Below are positions 11,869 through 26,700 of a stretch of DNA of 64,000 nucleotides, piece after piece (position 1 is the stretch's first letter; every line of letters begins with the position of its first letter). Position numbers and translations under genes: made by a program. The DNA lies in the NCBI GenBank assembly GCA_051294905.1, contig CM119381.1, positions 22,816,001 to 22,880,000 of the forward strand, given 5' to 3'. The notes under the pieces are model-generated. The model did no database searches. It saw only the letters and a list, made by a program, of their open reading frames with translations, and had not been told where the DNA came from. This DNA comes from Botryllus schlosseri. Taxonomy: Eukaryota.

Positions 11869-14714
11869 ATCTAGGCTCCTCCTCGCCATCTCATCCGTGT
11901 AAGCGGTGTCTTATAAAAAGCCTTGAAGTGGGCCGTGCTACAAGTTGGCAGCTACGGAGTAAAAATGATGAAAATTGGCCTTGTGTAAATGACCACAGTA
12001 GTCGACAAACAACCTGTATACCACAAACAACAACTCATCTATCTCTACAAACCTTGATCTCGAAACACTATAGACACAACCTGCCTCCGTTTGTGTGGGC
12101 TTCGCCACAAGCCAAGTCATGCTCCACTTATAATTAATTCGGGCACTGTCGTGCTGGGCGGGGGTTGTCGAACTGCTAGCTTGGGAGTCAACTGTTGCGT
12201 CATACATAGCATGAGACGTAGAATCCATCACATAGCTCTTTGTTACGAAAATCAAAGAGAATGGAACCATACCAGAAATTTTTCAGTGTGTTTCTCAGAT
12301 CATTCCTTGACATTTTGCGCAATACTTGATAAAAATTGCAGTAAAAGTTGCACGAAAAAGAGAAGAAAGTTGCAAAAAATTCCTACAGACAGCTTAAAAC
12401 ATCATACTCTACTACACAAATTCAGAGTATTTGGGAAGCTGCCGGGAGCTGTAAAAAAAAGTCGCAAAAGTCGCAAAAACTTGATCTAGGCGGGTTGCAA
12501 CTGAGTCGAATGATATATAAAGTATTTCGATGAACACATTTCTTACTTTAGAAAACATTACGTTAACGATTTGGTAAAACTGTAATTTTACTTTAAAGTA
12601 ATGCATTTGCTGCATACCACTTGAATTAACTTCACGTACCACTAGTGGCACGTGAGAGCTTTTATAGTAGCACGCGAAGAGTTTGGCGATTATAATTGTA
12701 TATATGTATACTGTAGTCGATAACTTCCTGTCCTTTTCAGCTAAAACCGCTGTGTATAAACATAATTCCACGTTGGTATTATTGTTGCAGGTGAGATTTG
12801 CTGGTTATACTAGTAGGGCTAACAGACTAATTCATCAGGACAAACTGTTTTAACCATGTCGAAATGAAAGAATAATAATCCAGAATACATAAAGTATCGA
12901 TTCATCACAATCGACTACGGAGGGTAATGTTTTCCACGGCGTGTGGTTTTTACGAGAAACCTTTATATCCCGGCCATGAAATGAATCCTAAGTCTATTAA
13001 TGGATGGAAACCATACAGAAAGAAAAATCGAGATCCTTGCATCGACATGGGAATTTAAGGAAGGGTTTTCGGCTTTGATGATAATTAAGTGCAAGAGCCT
13101 AGACATGATCTCCGCTGTGCTGTGAGTAATGGTATACTCCGGATAGAGGAGCTTGAGCAAATGAAACAGTTGTATATGTCGCATTAAATTATATGTTTTG
13201 CTGTCTGGAATATAATAGTCAAACCACCAAATAACTCGTAAATGCCGGCGTGTTCGATTACAATAAGCCATTCGGGAACCAGGTGGTACGCAGTGCGTCA
13301 GTAAAATACACATTAGCTGAACGCGGCCGAAAAAAGTATGACAAACACTGCTTTAGCGAGAGGCCACAAGCTCTGCGGTGTATAAATACTTGATACCAGC
13401 TCTGGCTAGTTGGTCCCAAATTGGCATGAATGCAAAAAAATAAAAATAAAATGCTTCTTTGCTCCGATTCTAATTCTAATCCAATTTGTAAAATGTTTCT
13501 ATGCTCTAAATTTTATTCTCGTCCAATATCTGATTTTCCTGTAAATACTACATGAGAACAAGTGCAAAGCGAGCCAAGCTTGCTGCACAGACATTTTCTA
13601 ATCTCATGCTCATAAGAATGGGCTACGAGTTGATAGTAACAGAACTTGATTCAATGTCCAAGTTTTCGCGAATTCAGTAATTCTAATTTTAATTTAATTT
13701 GGAAAAGAATGTGTAGCTATAATTCTAGTTTTAATCTAATTTGGAATAACTGTTTCACTAAAACTCCAATTCTACTTTGATTAGAAAAAAACGTTTGTAG
13801 CTGTATTTCTAATTATGATCTAGTTTGGAAAACTGAAAATTTTCTAGTTGTCCAAGTCTGCCACAAACATCAAAAAGAAATTAACTGTCGTTAAGATTTC
13901 ATGGGTAATTGATCTTTCACATATGTCGGACTGACATTGCTGGTAGGCTATGCGACTAGATATGATATGGTCTCTATCATCAAAATCGTTGCGGCAGCCT
14001 GAAGAATAATGTGCGCGTCTGGTGCCGATGCAATCGCGCATTGCAGCGTTTCATCCTCTTCACTATTCGCTTTGAGTCTTTGCGTGTAGCACGTACTGGA
14101 GGCTTGTGCCACGTGAGAAGCATGCTGCAATGGAATCACATCGCAGGTTGCATGCATCACATGACAGTTGCACGCCGGGAATGCATATCATCCACATCTT
14201 TAATGACACAGTAACCATAGCGCCGGTGTCAAATTATTAGTCGTGTTAAGTTAAGATGAGGCGTGCTGGCCTGAGAGAATTATGTTCGATGTCTTTCTGA
14301 AGCTTTTTGTTTCGAATTATATCTTTTCACAAGCATTTTTTCAACGTATTGGGTCAGATATATATAGCTTGAGCGCATCGGCTTGAAGACGCTATATTTC
14401 CTTCATTTACTATCCCAGATATCAACAAAGGAATGACCGGTAGTCGTGATAAGGCCTCAATCAACTCCGCGTGGTCTTTGTACAAGGTGATGTGCTCAAT
14501 TCAGTTGTTAGTGCAGCGAAAAAAACTGGATATTCTACGTGACTATGTGTTGATATAATTGCGACTTGATGTATAGAGCGAGGCAGAAGGCATGATTTCA
14601 GTTTTAGAACCACAAAGTCGCAACGCGATCAGGGCTATGTCAGACTATATTACCTTATACTTTACTGCATCAGATATTACACGCCTGCGACTGAAAGTCT
14701 TGTGGTATTCACAG

Positions 14715-17700
14715 ATGATATTTTGTAGCATTGAAACTTTGATTTTCTTATTTCTTCCGTTCTCTTCAATTCTGAGTGCGGTTGAAGGCCGGAGGAACAT
14801 CGATGGTGAGTCCATTACGCTATCTCGCCAGACTTGTCATCAAATATAAGATTCGTGTCGTATAAATTGGTGACGTAGTGCCAGGATCAATACATATGCT
14901 GTTACTTAAACGTAATTGATATTAGTAGCACGAGAAGAGAATTTCACGGCGTTTTCATGTTGATATTGCTTCTCAGGAAAATTAGCCACGCTTTTGCGAT
15001 AAATAGTTAGATAGTTTGAGTTGATTATGTGATCGAATCCGCCCTGAAACGAAACTTTTCTGTTGCAGTTTGTAATCTGTATTTTAGTCAGCAGCTTGCT
15101 AACTTAACTCAAGTTTTTTCGGGATGCCTTGTCATGATTCATCATCACCATTTTCTCCCGTTTTCAACTATAGTAAATGCCAAAAAGGATATAAATTGGT
15201 CTGTATGGAACCGCGGACATTGATATCCAATATCCAATATCCATGACATAATTTGTGTCTGGACGTTAAGTACAATTAGCAATATCTGTTTGACCTGGAG
15301 TTAATCTGAGCCTCGTAGCAAAAGGCCAGGAGATGCTCAAAGTACAATTCACGCAGAAGGGGACCAATCAATGAATGCAATCAATTCTGGGAGTCGATAG
15401 CATTGAAAGTAAATCGAAATTGAGCGCAACGTATTTGCTGAGTTGCGTGACGTCGAGTATATGTCTGCATTGTCATTGTTTCGGATATTGTATGTTTTCA
15501 TTCCAACAATGCAAGGCTTGATCGAACTCAGTGACAATCATAACATGTACCTTCTGTTTCTGTTGGCAGAACCAGTCTTTTTTGTCTGCAACAACGGCAA
15601 GAAGTTGCTATATGAAGAATTTTGCGACGGTTACGCTGATTGCTCGGAAGGAGATGACGAGAATTCTACACTGACAACGGGGCAAGATCTGTATCGGTAT
15701 GTATTGATATGTTGCATACTGTATCTGATGCTATGCGATGTAGTTTTCGAACGGCCCTGACCTGTTGAGCCTGTATAATACCTCTGCCAAGAGATACTGT
15801 GTAATCTTTTGCTTCTTTGTTATTACTTATTTATCAGATTGGCCCGACAAAGAATATTGCACGCTATCATTGATTCACATACTGCAGACAAAGTGAGAAT
15901 CTGTAGTTCGCGACATCTATAGTTTTCTGAAAGGGTATGACGTAATCATTAAGAACATAACGATCGAACGCTTTGTTTCGTATGCAGGCTCCTCACTTTG
16001 CGTATGTCGCGATAATGATAAGCTATGGTGTAATCATTCACAATTCCCAACTAGATGGTGAGCGCTGCTCTGTCGAAATAAGGCAACAAGGATAAAGCGA
16101 TTCGTATTTGAGTGCGCAGTGAACCAAATATGTTATTTGCCGTCGGATATATGATTGAGTGATTTGTAGCAGCGTTTTCAAATTTCGCGCCAGCCCAAGC
16201 ATCAATCCGATTGACAGAGGTAGTTGAAGCATTCGCTTTCGTACAGAATTTACATTTCGACTGAAAATCTGTACTCTAGTGGCACTCATAATCGACCTGA
16301 TGTGTGAAATAAGAAGCATAGTTCAATCATACCCAGTGTGTAAGTATAGAATGTAAACGTGGAATGGCAACGACCGATTTTGCTGCTTCGTTCCGCTTCG
16401 CTGAAGCTTTACTCAGACTTATTTTACGGCAGCTACTGTAGGATTTCTGGCAATCCAAAAGTCGTCTTCCAGAGCGCAGAATTAACTGAATCTGGTCTTG
16501 ATCGAAAGCTACTGTCACACTGACACCGAAAATGTAAATGAAAATAGGATCAGGCACTGAACCACTAAGAATTCGGCCTCCAAGTCTGAATTATCGGCAT
16601 TGTCCGAACAATCGAAGAGCCGCAATGGGTCATTGTTATGGTCATCGTTTTGCGGTCATCCGATTGTTCTGAACGATGCAGATTTTAGATGTTGAGGGTG
16701 ATTTTTCATTTAAGTACGGGGCGTAACCATATTTTGATTCATATTTTCGGAATCAGTGCGATAGTAGCTTTCGATCAAGACCAGATTCAGTAAATTCTGA
16801 GCTTAGGAAGACAACTTTTGGATTGCCTGAAATCCTACAGTAGCTGCCGTAAAATAAGTCTGAGTAAAGCTTCAGCGAAGCGGAACGAAGCTGCAAAATC
16901 GGTCGTTGCCATTCCACGTTTACAGTGTAAGCGTGTAATGACAATGACACCAAATCTATCCCGGCAATTGTAATCCGGTATACATTGGCCATTATGGCCA
17001 CCCACGGGTGTAACATGCCTTATTGTTTGGGCTGGACATAATCGAGTATCTGAGTATCACTCAATATGACGATATAACAGTATGAATGATGTGGAAAATT
17101 CAAATATGTAGGCTACCTTTTATTCGATCACAAGGAATATAATGCCAATTATACATTACATTAAAGATAATTTGGTATTTTGCTACCATACCTATTTCAT
17201 TGCACATTGTGACCAATGCTATGGGTTGATCACGACCTCATAGATATGTCATTTTCACTATAGCGTACGTATAGCTTTGCACCACATGTCCGCATACTGC
17301 ACTAAGACCAATGCAGGTTTCGAGGATTCCACCATAGTGTCCTATATGGTGTCGACACAAGCAAATCGCACGGTTCAATGAAATTGTATCACGTCACAGT
17401 TTCCATTTGGCTACAGGCAATTTGACGGTGATTTTTGACCGACTTGCCGAGCATCAAATTTGATAAAACGGGTATCAATCGAAAGCTGCCGCCGTACTGA
17501 TTACGAAAATATAAATTTTATTCCGCTCGCGGCCCTGGAACCCCCACAATCAGCCTCTAATTTTTCATTGTTATGGAGATTGGCATTGGGACGCAACAAT
17601 GCTGTCTAGCGAAACGAGACAGGTGCTCGAGAAAAAGGGAGCCAGACAGTATTGTTGCGTCTGTCGTTTCGCCAGACAGCATTGTTGCGTCCCAATGCCA

Positions 17701-20700
17701 ATCTCCATAACAATGAAAAATTAGAGGCTGATTGTGGGGGTTCCAGGGCCGCGAGCGGAATAAAATTTATATTTTCGTAATCAGTACGGCGGCAGCTTTC
17801 GATTGATACCCGTTTTATCAAATTTGATGCTCGGCAAGTCGGTCAAAAATCACCGTCAAATTGCCTGTAGCCAAATGGAAACTGTGACGTGATACAATTT
17901 CATTGAACCGTGCGATTTGCTTGTGTCGACACCATATAGGACACTATGATTCCACAGTCGAAAATTCTACTCAACCGAAATCATTAGAATTAATGCTCGA
18001 TTCAGATTCGAGCATTCGAACCATCGCATGAGCCCAGACATGGCTATGATGTTCCAGTAGGCCAATTGGCGGAACATAAGAATATACCCCTTGATTCAGT
18101 TTTTTTTTACGCCGAATCCTATTTAAGTGCGTATCTTTTGATTGGCCCGGATCAGCGACTTTTTAACTTGCACCTGCAACTTTAGAGCCATACTGTGAAT
18201 AGACCCGACGGAAGAAAGCACTCAAAAGGAATGGAAAAAACTAGTAGAAAGGGCCGCGGATTCAATAAGATCAACATCGAAAAGAACTGTGACATCGGGC
18301 ACTCTAGGCCGAGGTGGATGTTAGAGTAAAGGATCGCTACTGATGCGCGTCGTTCGACATCCTCCTATCTGTTCATGACATCGCATTGTGTCTTATCGCA
18401 TTTTACATTGTGTGTGACTTGTTCAGATGAAAAATATAACCCTGCGATATAATATAATATAATAGCTCAAATGAATTTCCATTAACAGGTGCGTAAATCG
18501 TGATAACGATCATGGCGGTTTTTGCACGGTGAGCCGCGATCAAGTTTGCGAAAGCAAAGTAGTTTGCTCCAATCTCTCTCCGTGTGATTTGAACTGCCAG
18601 TCTCATTACAGATGCAATGTAAGTTGAAAGGTGTCAATGACACACAATGTTATAGATAATGCTACATCCCGGGTCGTTATCACGTAACAGTTAACGTGTA
18701 CGTCACACCCGGTGTAGGTCTTCCTGTTTTTATGCGCCCAAGCGCTCGAAAATGGTCTTCAAAGGCCGATTGCTCCTTGCTTATAAAATGTTCCTTTATG
18801 ATTAAATTATATATCAGTAAAGTGATTATTACATTAGCTAATAACTTCGTGATATCCACTTATCTAACTTGTTAGACCGTCTATCTATTCTAAATTATCC
18901 GCAGCACTTGCCCTGGCGCCTGAGTGCGGGTCTCCTAAATAATTTGCTCCGTACGTGTTTCAAGTGTAATCAAAGTAATCTTTTCTTCCTTTGATCTATT
19001 CAAAACATCACGAGATCTTGCGGTAATGATGGTTTTGGGGAAGGAAGTAAAAAATTACTGAATTATCCCTGGTTTGGTTTCTGCGATCCTGACATTTTCG
19101 GCCGGTATAAACTGCGGGCAGGGCGATTGATCACGTTTAAGTGTTTTCGGTTGGATTTGCAAATGCTGCTTCGGTTATCATTCCGATGATGTAGTGCGAC
19201 CACGAGTTCAATGTGTGCACCTGCACATGTGACTAATAAGAGAAATATCAGTATATATACCATGAGCATTGCACGATGCAGACCGTTGTGATCCAAGCAC
19301 ATTGCACGGTCACCTCCAACACACTGGTTCGGGAATGAATGATGTTCGTAAATATAGCCTCCAATTCCCAGTACATCTGCACTCTTGTCGTAAATGCAAT
19401 ACAATATATAATATATACGATGAAAGATGAAAAAAAGTGCTATATACTACATCAATCCTTACCCTATTTCGTTTCACCATTGATGTGTGGGAAATTACCA
19501 TGTGGGAAATCCCCTTTTATATGCGATATATTATATCATCTTATATGTAATGTGACAAGATTGTATCTTTTGGAAAGACAACTGGTACCAACATTTAGTC
19601 GAAGATGTAATATTGTGTATCACTGCTGTTATTAAAATAATTCGGAGCGTATACGTGTACCTACACACTTGTGTAAAGTCGATTTTCATGATGGTTATAG
19701 AATGAGACGTTTCTCTTCTTGCATTTCAGAACGGAACGTGTTTACAGCGCAGTACCGTATGCGACCAGGACCCGTGCTCTGGCTGCGACGAAGACCACGG
19801 TTGGAAGAACGGGGTTGGGTTCAAATGCGCTAGAAACGGGTTCGGTTGCGTTTTACCCCAACAACTGCTTCGAGACAACGTAAGCGACTGCGACAACGGG
19901 GCGGATCTGTGTTTTCGAGCTGGCGCTGTTGGGTAGGTTCTATCAGCGGAGTATTTTGGAAATTGGCATTTTGCGTTCGACACGAATATACATACATCTT
20001 GCTATTTTGAGAGTATCCACTGTCGATTAATTGCTTGAAGTAAGCGAGATCCTTCGACCAAATCTACTAAACTTTAGTATGTGTATTTCTCGGACATTTC
20101 ATGTTCTTAGTTCCACTTGAAGTAGTTTTGACATGTCTTGAAAATGGCAACTTCTATCTGAGTAGCAATGCTGTCTACTGCGTAATGCACAAATAGTATA
20201 CATATACATGGAAGGGCTGGACTATACTGATATCAATCGGTCATAATCTCAAAATATCGGCCTCATTATGCTTCAAGTCCAATTCCACTTTGTCGAGCAA
20301 AGGCCTAGTATTTGTTGACTTAGTTATCAGCAGTAGTAAAGTTGAAATATGTTGACTCATGCATATGACTGTCTGTAAACTGTACCTTGACATTGTTATT
20401 CAGATTCCGCCATCAGCATGTTTGTTAATTCTTTACAGGCGAAATGCGAACTTCAGTCCAACCTAAATCTTTAAACAATCAATTTCCATTCTCAGCGAGC
20501 GAAAATTCGCCAGCGACAAATGCTTTCGGTGCCTCGGGAGCGACATGATCATCTCGATTTCCAGCGTCTGTGACGGAATAATCGACTGCTCGGACTTATC
20601 AGACGAGTGCGCATGCGCGACTGACACACCGGATATCTGTCGTCAGGTAGTCACGGAAATCAGCCAAGTAAGCGTACGTTACATAGAATACATTTCATAA

Positions 20701-23700
20701 TATAGTATCAAACTTTAGCTGTTTCAATATAAAGTGCAATCTCAACTGGTAGCATCTTCAAACCCAAACGTTGTATTTCTATAGGTAAGAATTGGCGGAC
20801 TACATGAGAGTGGCGCCGGGACCAACACAAATGATTCACTTTGCGAAGTGGGAGAGATACGATGCAAAAATCAGAAATGCATAAAGACCGATTCTGTGTG
20901 TGACGGTATTCTGGACTGTGGTGAAGATGAACGGTTAGCTATATGTCGTTTACATGCTAGTTCGCAGTGGCCATGTCGCAATATGTCATTAACGCGATGT
21001 ATTAGGTGACAACAGGTGAGACCAAACTACCATGACAAGGTCAAATTTGTTTTGAAATCGGTTGAAACATGCGAATAAAATCATCACTTCTGGTCCCTTC
21101 TCCACAAGTTTCAATTTTCGTATGAAGCAGGATAGAGTGCGCTAATGGTAATTCCGGAGTAGAATTGCATGCTATATAAATCTACACTTTTTATATGATA
21201 CGCATAATATTGCTGATGTTCTGCTAGTACTTTATCCTCGTATCGGATTTGCGAAGCCGAAGTATTTTCTCATGATGAAATAATACTCTGCCGTATGTGA
21301 TTCCGTCTGTTGGATAGCCCTATCTGGTTCTCGTAACCCGTTAACACGTTGTTCATAATATCCGCTTGGTTAAGAGCGTTGTTTGGTGCAACCGCATAAA
21401 ACAAGGTCGAATTTCCGACGCTATTGATTTAGTTTCAAAGCCGCTGTTACTAATGTTGTTTTCACGAACATGCTTTTCCAGTTTCTTTTACGCTTGAAAA
21501 TTTGGATATTTAGCGTAATAGGGATTCAATGGACCATATATAAACCATCTTGTTCATATCCATTGCAAAATGCATCCCTAACACATGCGTAGTACTATAG
21601 AAATTGATGGGGAATGGAAAAGAGGATTAGTCGTTGAAGAAATAGGGCGTCCTCTACTCCTCTGGCAATGTAATTGTGAATCTAAACCCGATTTCTCATT
21701 GCAGATTTGACATTTGCAGAGGAACGATTTCCTGCAAGGACTCAGCAGTGGTGGAAGAGTGCAGGTATATTACACAGCAAATTGGAAATTTGCTTCCGAG
21801 TGCAGAAGTCGAAGTGCGATATCATTTTAAAAATAATTCCTCAATAGAAGTAACTCTGGACGCTTGATAAATTTGACTCGTTTTAATCCGGGAACACAAA
21901 AATACAAATTCTCCAATAGTAACAAATAAGACCGATCAATCCTGCCGCACAGTGCGCAGCACATCTTTGCCGTACTGGTGAACAATAATGATATCTAGCA
22001 CCCGATACATTCCTGTTCACCCGCATGGGTGTCAAAGCTAACTCTTGTATCATAAACTGACGTTTAGTTAATTTGCACCCTATACGTTACGGTGGAAAGG
22101 GACCATATACACGATTTTCGTTTACAATACACTCTGCCTACCAATATGTTCGCCTTTCAAGGTGCAGCTTGGACAGGCGAGATCCACATTGTCGCGCCGT
22201 TTCCGCCACAGCTTGTGACGGAATAGGGCAATGTCCGCCGCCTCAATTGCACGGATGGGATGTGTGGACCGCGGAGAGCTTTCCAGAAGACGAGTGCAAC
22301 GCGACATGCACTTTCAACCCGAGCCCGTTTCGATGTGAAATTGCGCCGTCCAGACATTACAAGACCAAACTGTCTGGAACCTGGTGTATCATTCCTGACG
22401 TAAGTGATTTCGTATGATGTTCGAAGCCGAATTTCATCAAACTGTTTACTGTTGGAATGATGAGTTTTTCTGTACAGCTGCTCGTATCGAAAATGTTTGG
22501 GCGGCCGTAATTCTGATTATCCAGGGTTTGGATTTGATTATAGAATTTAAAAATTATTCGTATTCTCATACGATGTAGACCGGACTTGTAGCTATACCTA
22601 TTTCTGGGTTTTGACCAGAGGCGGACAACGTAGTCTACGTTGCTACTCAAATAGAATGAAAAGTCACGCCTTGTATCTCAACTCAAGTACACATAGAAGT
22701 AACATTTTCGAAGACTTGTCAGAACTAATTCATGTAGAAGTAGAAAATGAAAAGTCTGTAAACTACTCGATCAAGTATACTTTCAAAACGTCGATTTGGT
22801 CAAGTGCTCGCCTACTGTTAGCGGTTAATCGGAGGTGAGTGCTTTTCAATTCGTAATATGTATCTTCGCGACCAACGCACAATGACTACTGACATTATAA
22901 ATAGATATAAAAGTCGAAAATATATTCAGTTTCCGTGATATAAAAACTGTTTCACGCGGTTATTACGGTCATTCAACTCGTAAAAGTGATGCGAAGTTAC
23001 AATAAACAAGTATCTAAAACACAGCTCAAGGCCAATCTAAAAGCATACCCAACTGATTAAAGTACTGTAAGTAGTCCTCCGAAAAAGCAGAGCGCTTCGT
23101 TAGATTATGAACTAGCGACCGCTTTTTGTATTGGCCCTTCAAGACTCCGATTTCTCAATTTGGTGTCGTACATCAATCGCAGATATATAGATCATCCGCA
23201 TGGTTGTAATATTGAAGTAACGAGTGTCAGTGTATAGGTGTAATGTCTGTTCTCTTCTCATGCAGGATATCGAGAGGCCGAACGCGTACACGCGAGAAAT
23301 CGAAGGATGGAAGTATTGCGACGGCGTAATCGACTGCGAATTGTCCGGGAGTGACGAAGATGAATGCGAAGAAAGGTAAGTAACTTGGAGGAGAATTGCT
23401 ATTACCACGGACACATGATCTCTGTGATACTATCATAAGCTGTATTTGAGATTTATACGCATTACAGTTCCCACATAGTTCGGTGCTGCATACGCTTCTG
23501 TCCTCCTATGGCAGGTTCACAGTCTAATAACTGCGTGGGCTGACAGACTATATGTTGTTCACATACCACTCGAAATTTCCATTAAGCCTATCCAAAACTG
23601 CAAAGGAAATAGTTTATATCGACGATTTCCACCATAGTATAGAGTGCAAATCAGGTAAACTGCACTTTCCGATACGAAATACCACTTTCATCGCCATTGC

Positions 23701-26700
23701 AATGACTGAAAACTATTGAAACACACCAACTCTTATGGAAATATATCCCAGGGGGGAGAGGGTTCTGTTTTCGATACGCACCCCACGCTATGGTGCAAAT
23801 AGATAATTTATAAATACACCTACACCCCATTTTACACCCATGTATCTACAGTGAAGTCAGAGTGATATTCTTATTTACTGTCCTTTTCCGCTGATATTCC
23901 TATACATGCTCCTACAACACACGAACCAATCAAAACATCGGCCTGGTGTTCTGTTCAGTGAAGCAAGTTTTAGTTGAATTTTCAAAACAATGTGGTACAA
24001 GAAGATCATATATACTTCACCCCTACGTGTGCATATGGTTAGCATTCACCCCATTGCGGGATGGCAATCGAATATTTCACCTTATCTGAATTGGTAGAAG
24101 TTAACTTTATAATGATAAGCCCATCTTCGATATCTGGAAAGCCCTTCACAACACGCCGCCTCTTTCCACGGCCATAATTGTAATCAAAATGATTACACTA
24201 TTGCACCACAATAACATAAGAATAATGGAAACTCGCAATAGTCAGAGAACGGGAATGCTACATTCACGTAAAACCGCGAATTCAACTCGTACACGCGCGA
24301 ATAACCCACACAACATTCTAAACCACTTTCTATCTCTGTATAAAATACGTATATCGCAGGTTCCATTGCAACGCGACAAAAGCAGGATATGTCAGCATCC
24401 GCAAGGATCAAGTCTGCGACGGTCTGATCGACTGCGTCGACGGCAAGGACGAAAACGCGGGGAGGTGCAGCGGAGAAAACAGCCTCGGAAGATTCTCGTG
24501 CCCGGCCCTTGGCGGCAACATGGTAAATATAAGAATATCGAAATATTTGTTATGGGAGAGAGAAAGATGTACGTAGGCCTACTACGCAAAGGTACTCTGC
24601 GCTACGAACTCTTTCCTATTTTAGGATAAAACTACTTGCTTTTTACACGTTGGATTTTTGCTAGTAGAAAGTAGTTTGGAATGTGTTTGCATCGCCGTTA
24701 TTAGTGAAATGGTCGAAATAATAGTGGGCGAAAGATAAATTTTGAGTTATAGTCACGAAGATGTATACCCTGCAATTTTTAATTAAGTCACCTATTAACT
24801 GTATGTAACAGTATGAGACCGGGCGACGTAACATACTTGAATTGAAACTACTTACTTGAGTACCTTGTCTTTGAAATCGCCTAAATCTCCTATACTTTGG
24901 AAATAGACCTAGGTCCTCCTTTACAGCTTTGAGAGCTAGGCTAACAGGCAGTCTCAACTATCACTATAAATGACGCGAAATATATGTATAGAGGACGGTC
25001 GAGCGGGACATTCGGGAGTCGAGTCGGAGTGGTGACCTTTTTTATTGGAAAGATGACCTTTTTTAGTCAACACAACAATATTTCCATTAAGACGTTTAAA
25101 ATCGGTAATCTAACCTTTATGATTTGTAAAAAACGTCCTCCATTTTCGATTCCAAAAATGGTATACCATAATTATAATTCCACTTGAAACCGAGTAGAAA
25201 TTTTGGGCGTTACTTCTACATCTGCTTTGACCGCCTCTGGTACTACGACAACCGTTTATTCGTGATGCAATAAAACGACATGATGTAAACGCAAGGAATC
25301 CATTTTCGAATCTAAGAGTGGAAAAATGATTTAGCACCTTCCTCACTACTAAAAGGTACAAATGAAATGTAACTAACAGTAGCGGAATATATCATAGCCT
25401 ACTCTACGTCACTAAATAGCGCGATGAAACCACGAGGAAAAGGATCGAGGCGGAGTCCGGTGTTTACGAAATAACCTATACAGATTAGCCAAATGTGACT
25501 TCGACACGATTGGGGACATGAATGTAAGTACATTTGCTGACATGTCCGATTATATTCAAAGAGCCGTTCATTTGACATCCTCTGTTCCCTAATCCTCTTC
25601 GCGGAACCTCCATATAATTCTTAATTATCTGGAATTTCCATCCAACTAATCCCATTAAACCTCGCTATTCAGACTCGGATGAACTCTTAATATCCCCCTC
25701 GCTTGCAGCAATACTTGGCTGATACTATCGGAATCATGTTTCAGGTGAGCATCGACGCCTCATTCCAGTGCGACTCCATCATAAATTGCGATGACGCTCG
25801 CGACGAGAAGGGTTGCGACGACGGGCGGTTTTACTGCGAGAACGGCGAAGGACCGATATTCGTTTCTAAGATTCAGGTGAACATTCCGTGATTTTGAAGA
25901 GCAAAACACTACTACACTAAAACACCGGTGCGATATATTATCCCTAGTATCAACTTTCACCATTCCTGCCAATACAGAATTTAAATATCTTGTTTATGCG
26001 ACAGGTTAAGGACGGCAAGGCAGACTGCAGTGATTGGAGCGATGAGTGTCCTACCGTGGACGGGTCTAACGGACAAGACGCGTTTTCCTCGCGTGACGAA
26101 ATGATTGAAAATCCATGGCTGCGCGTAATGGTCTGGATTATGGGATTGCTCGCGATTGTCGGTAACTTGGTGAGCATGTTAGATTCCGTGAATATATTAT
26201 TTTTCTGGATTTTAATTAAATTTCATGTCAGTGATTTGAGTATCTAATTCAAAAGTCAATTTGACTTTTATAGTTTGACTCAGTCAAGTCGAGTCATCTT
26301 CAACTGACCACCGAGTCAAGTCCGGTTCGAAGTCAGGGAGTCCGATTCATTGTGTTGCGTGATGTGTGCCCCTAAGAAATAGTTAAAAGTACAAGTAGTC
26401 TAAAGGGGCAGCTTAAATAAATAGTAGGCAAACCTACTAACCTACTTCAGTTCTCCGAAAAGTTAAAATTACTTAACGGACCACTCCTGAATGTCACACG
26501 GGCTGTATGATTTCAGTTTTTGGTTTTGTCTAGCCTTAAATTTGCTGCAAGTCTGAATTTTCATTTATCATCAATTATCCTAGATCCTTGACCAGTTATT
26601 AGCTACTGTCTAATAACCAGCGTATAACATCATTTTTGTTGAACGCAGTCAATTGTAGTATCACTGTAACATTTTGTTGGTTTAACATTTCGACTTAAAT

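Noticed and set aside
12963-13313. 116-aa minus-strand ORF as a gene
   Set aside because: No motif, no neighbouring phase-compatible exons and no clear splice boundaries.
15838-16027. Small GPCR exons at 15838-15892 and 15988-16027, and a further candidate near 19560-19606
   Set aside because: Splice signals and a phase-compatible path exist, but the peptides have no recognisable motif and alternatives fit equally; left unresolved.
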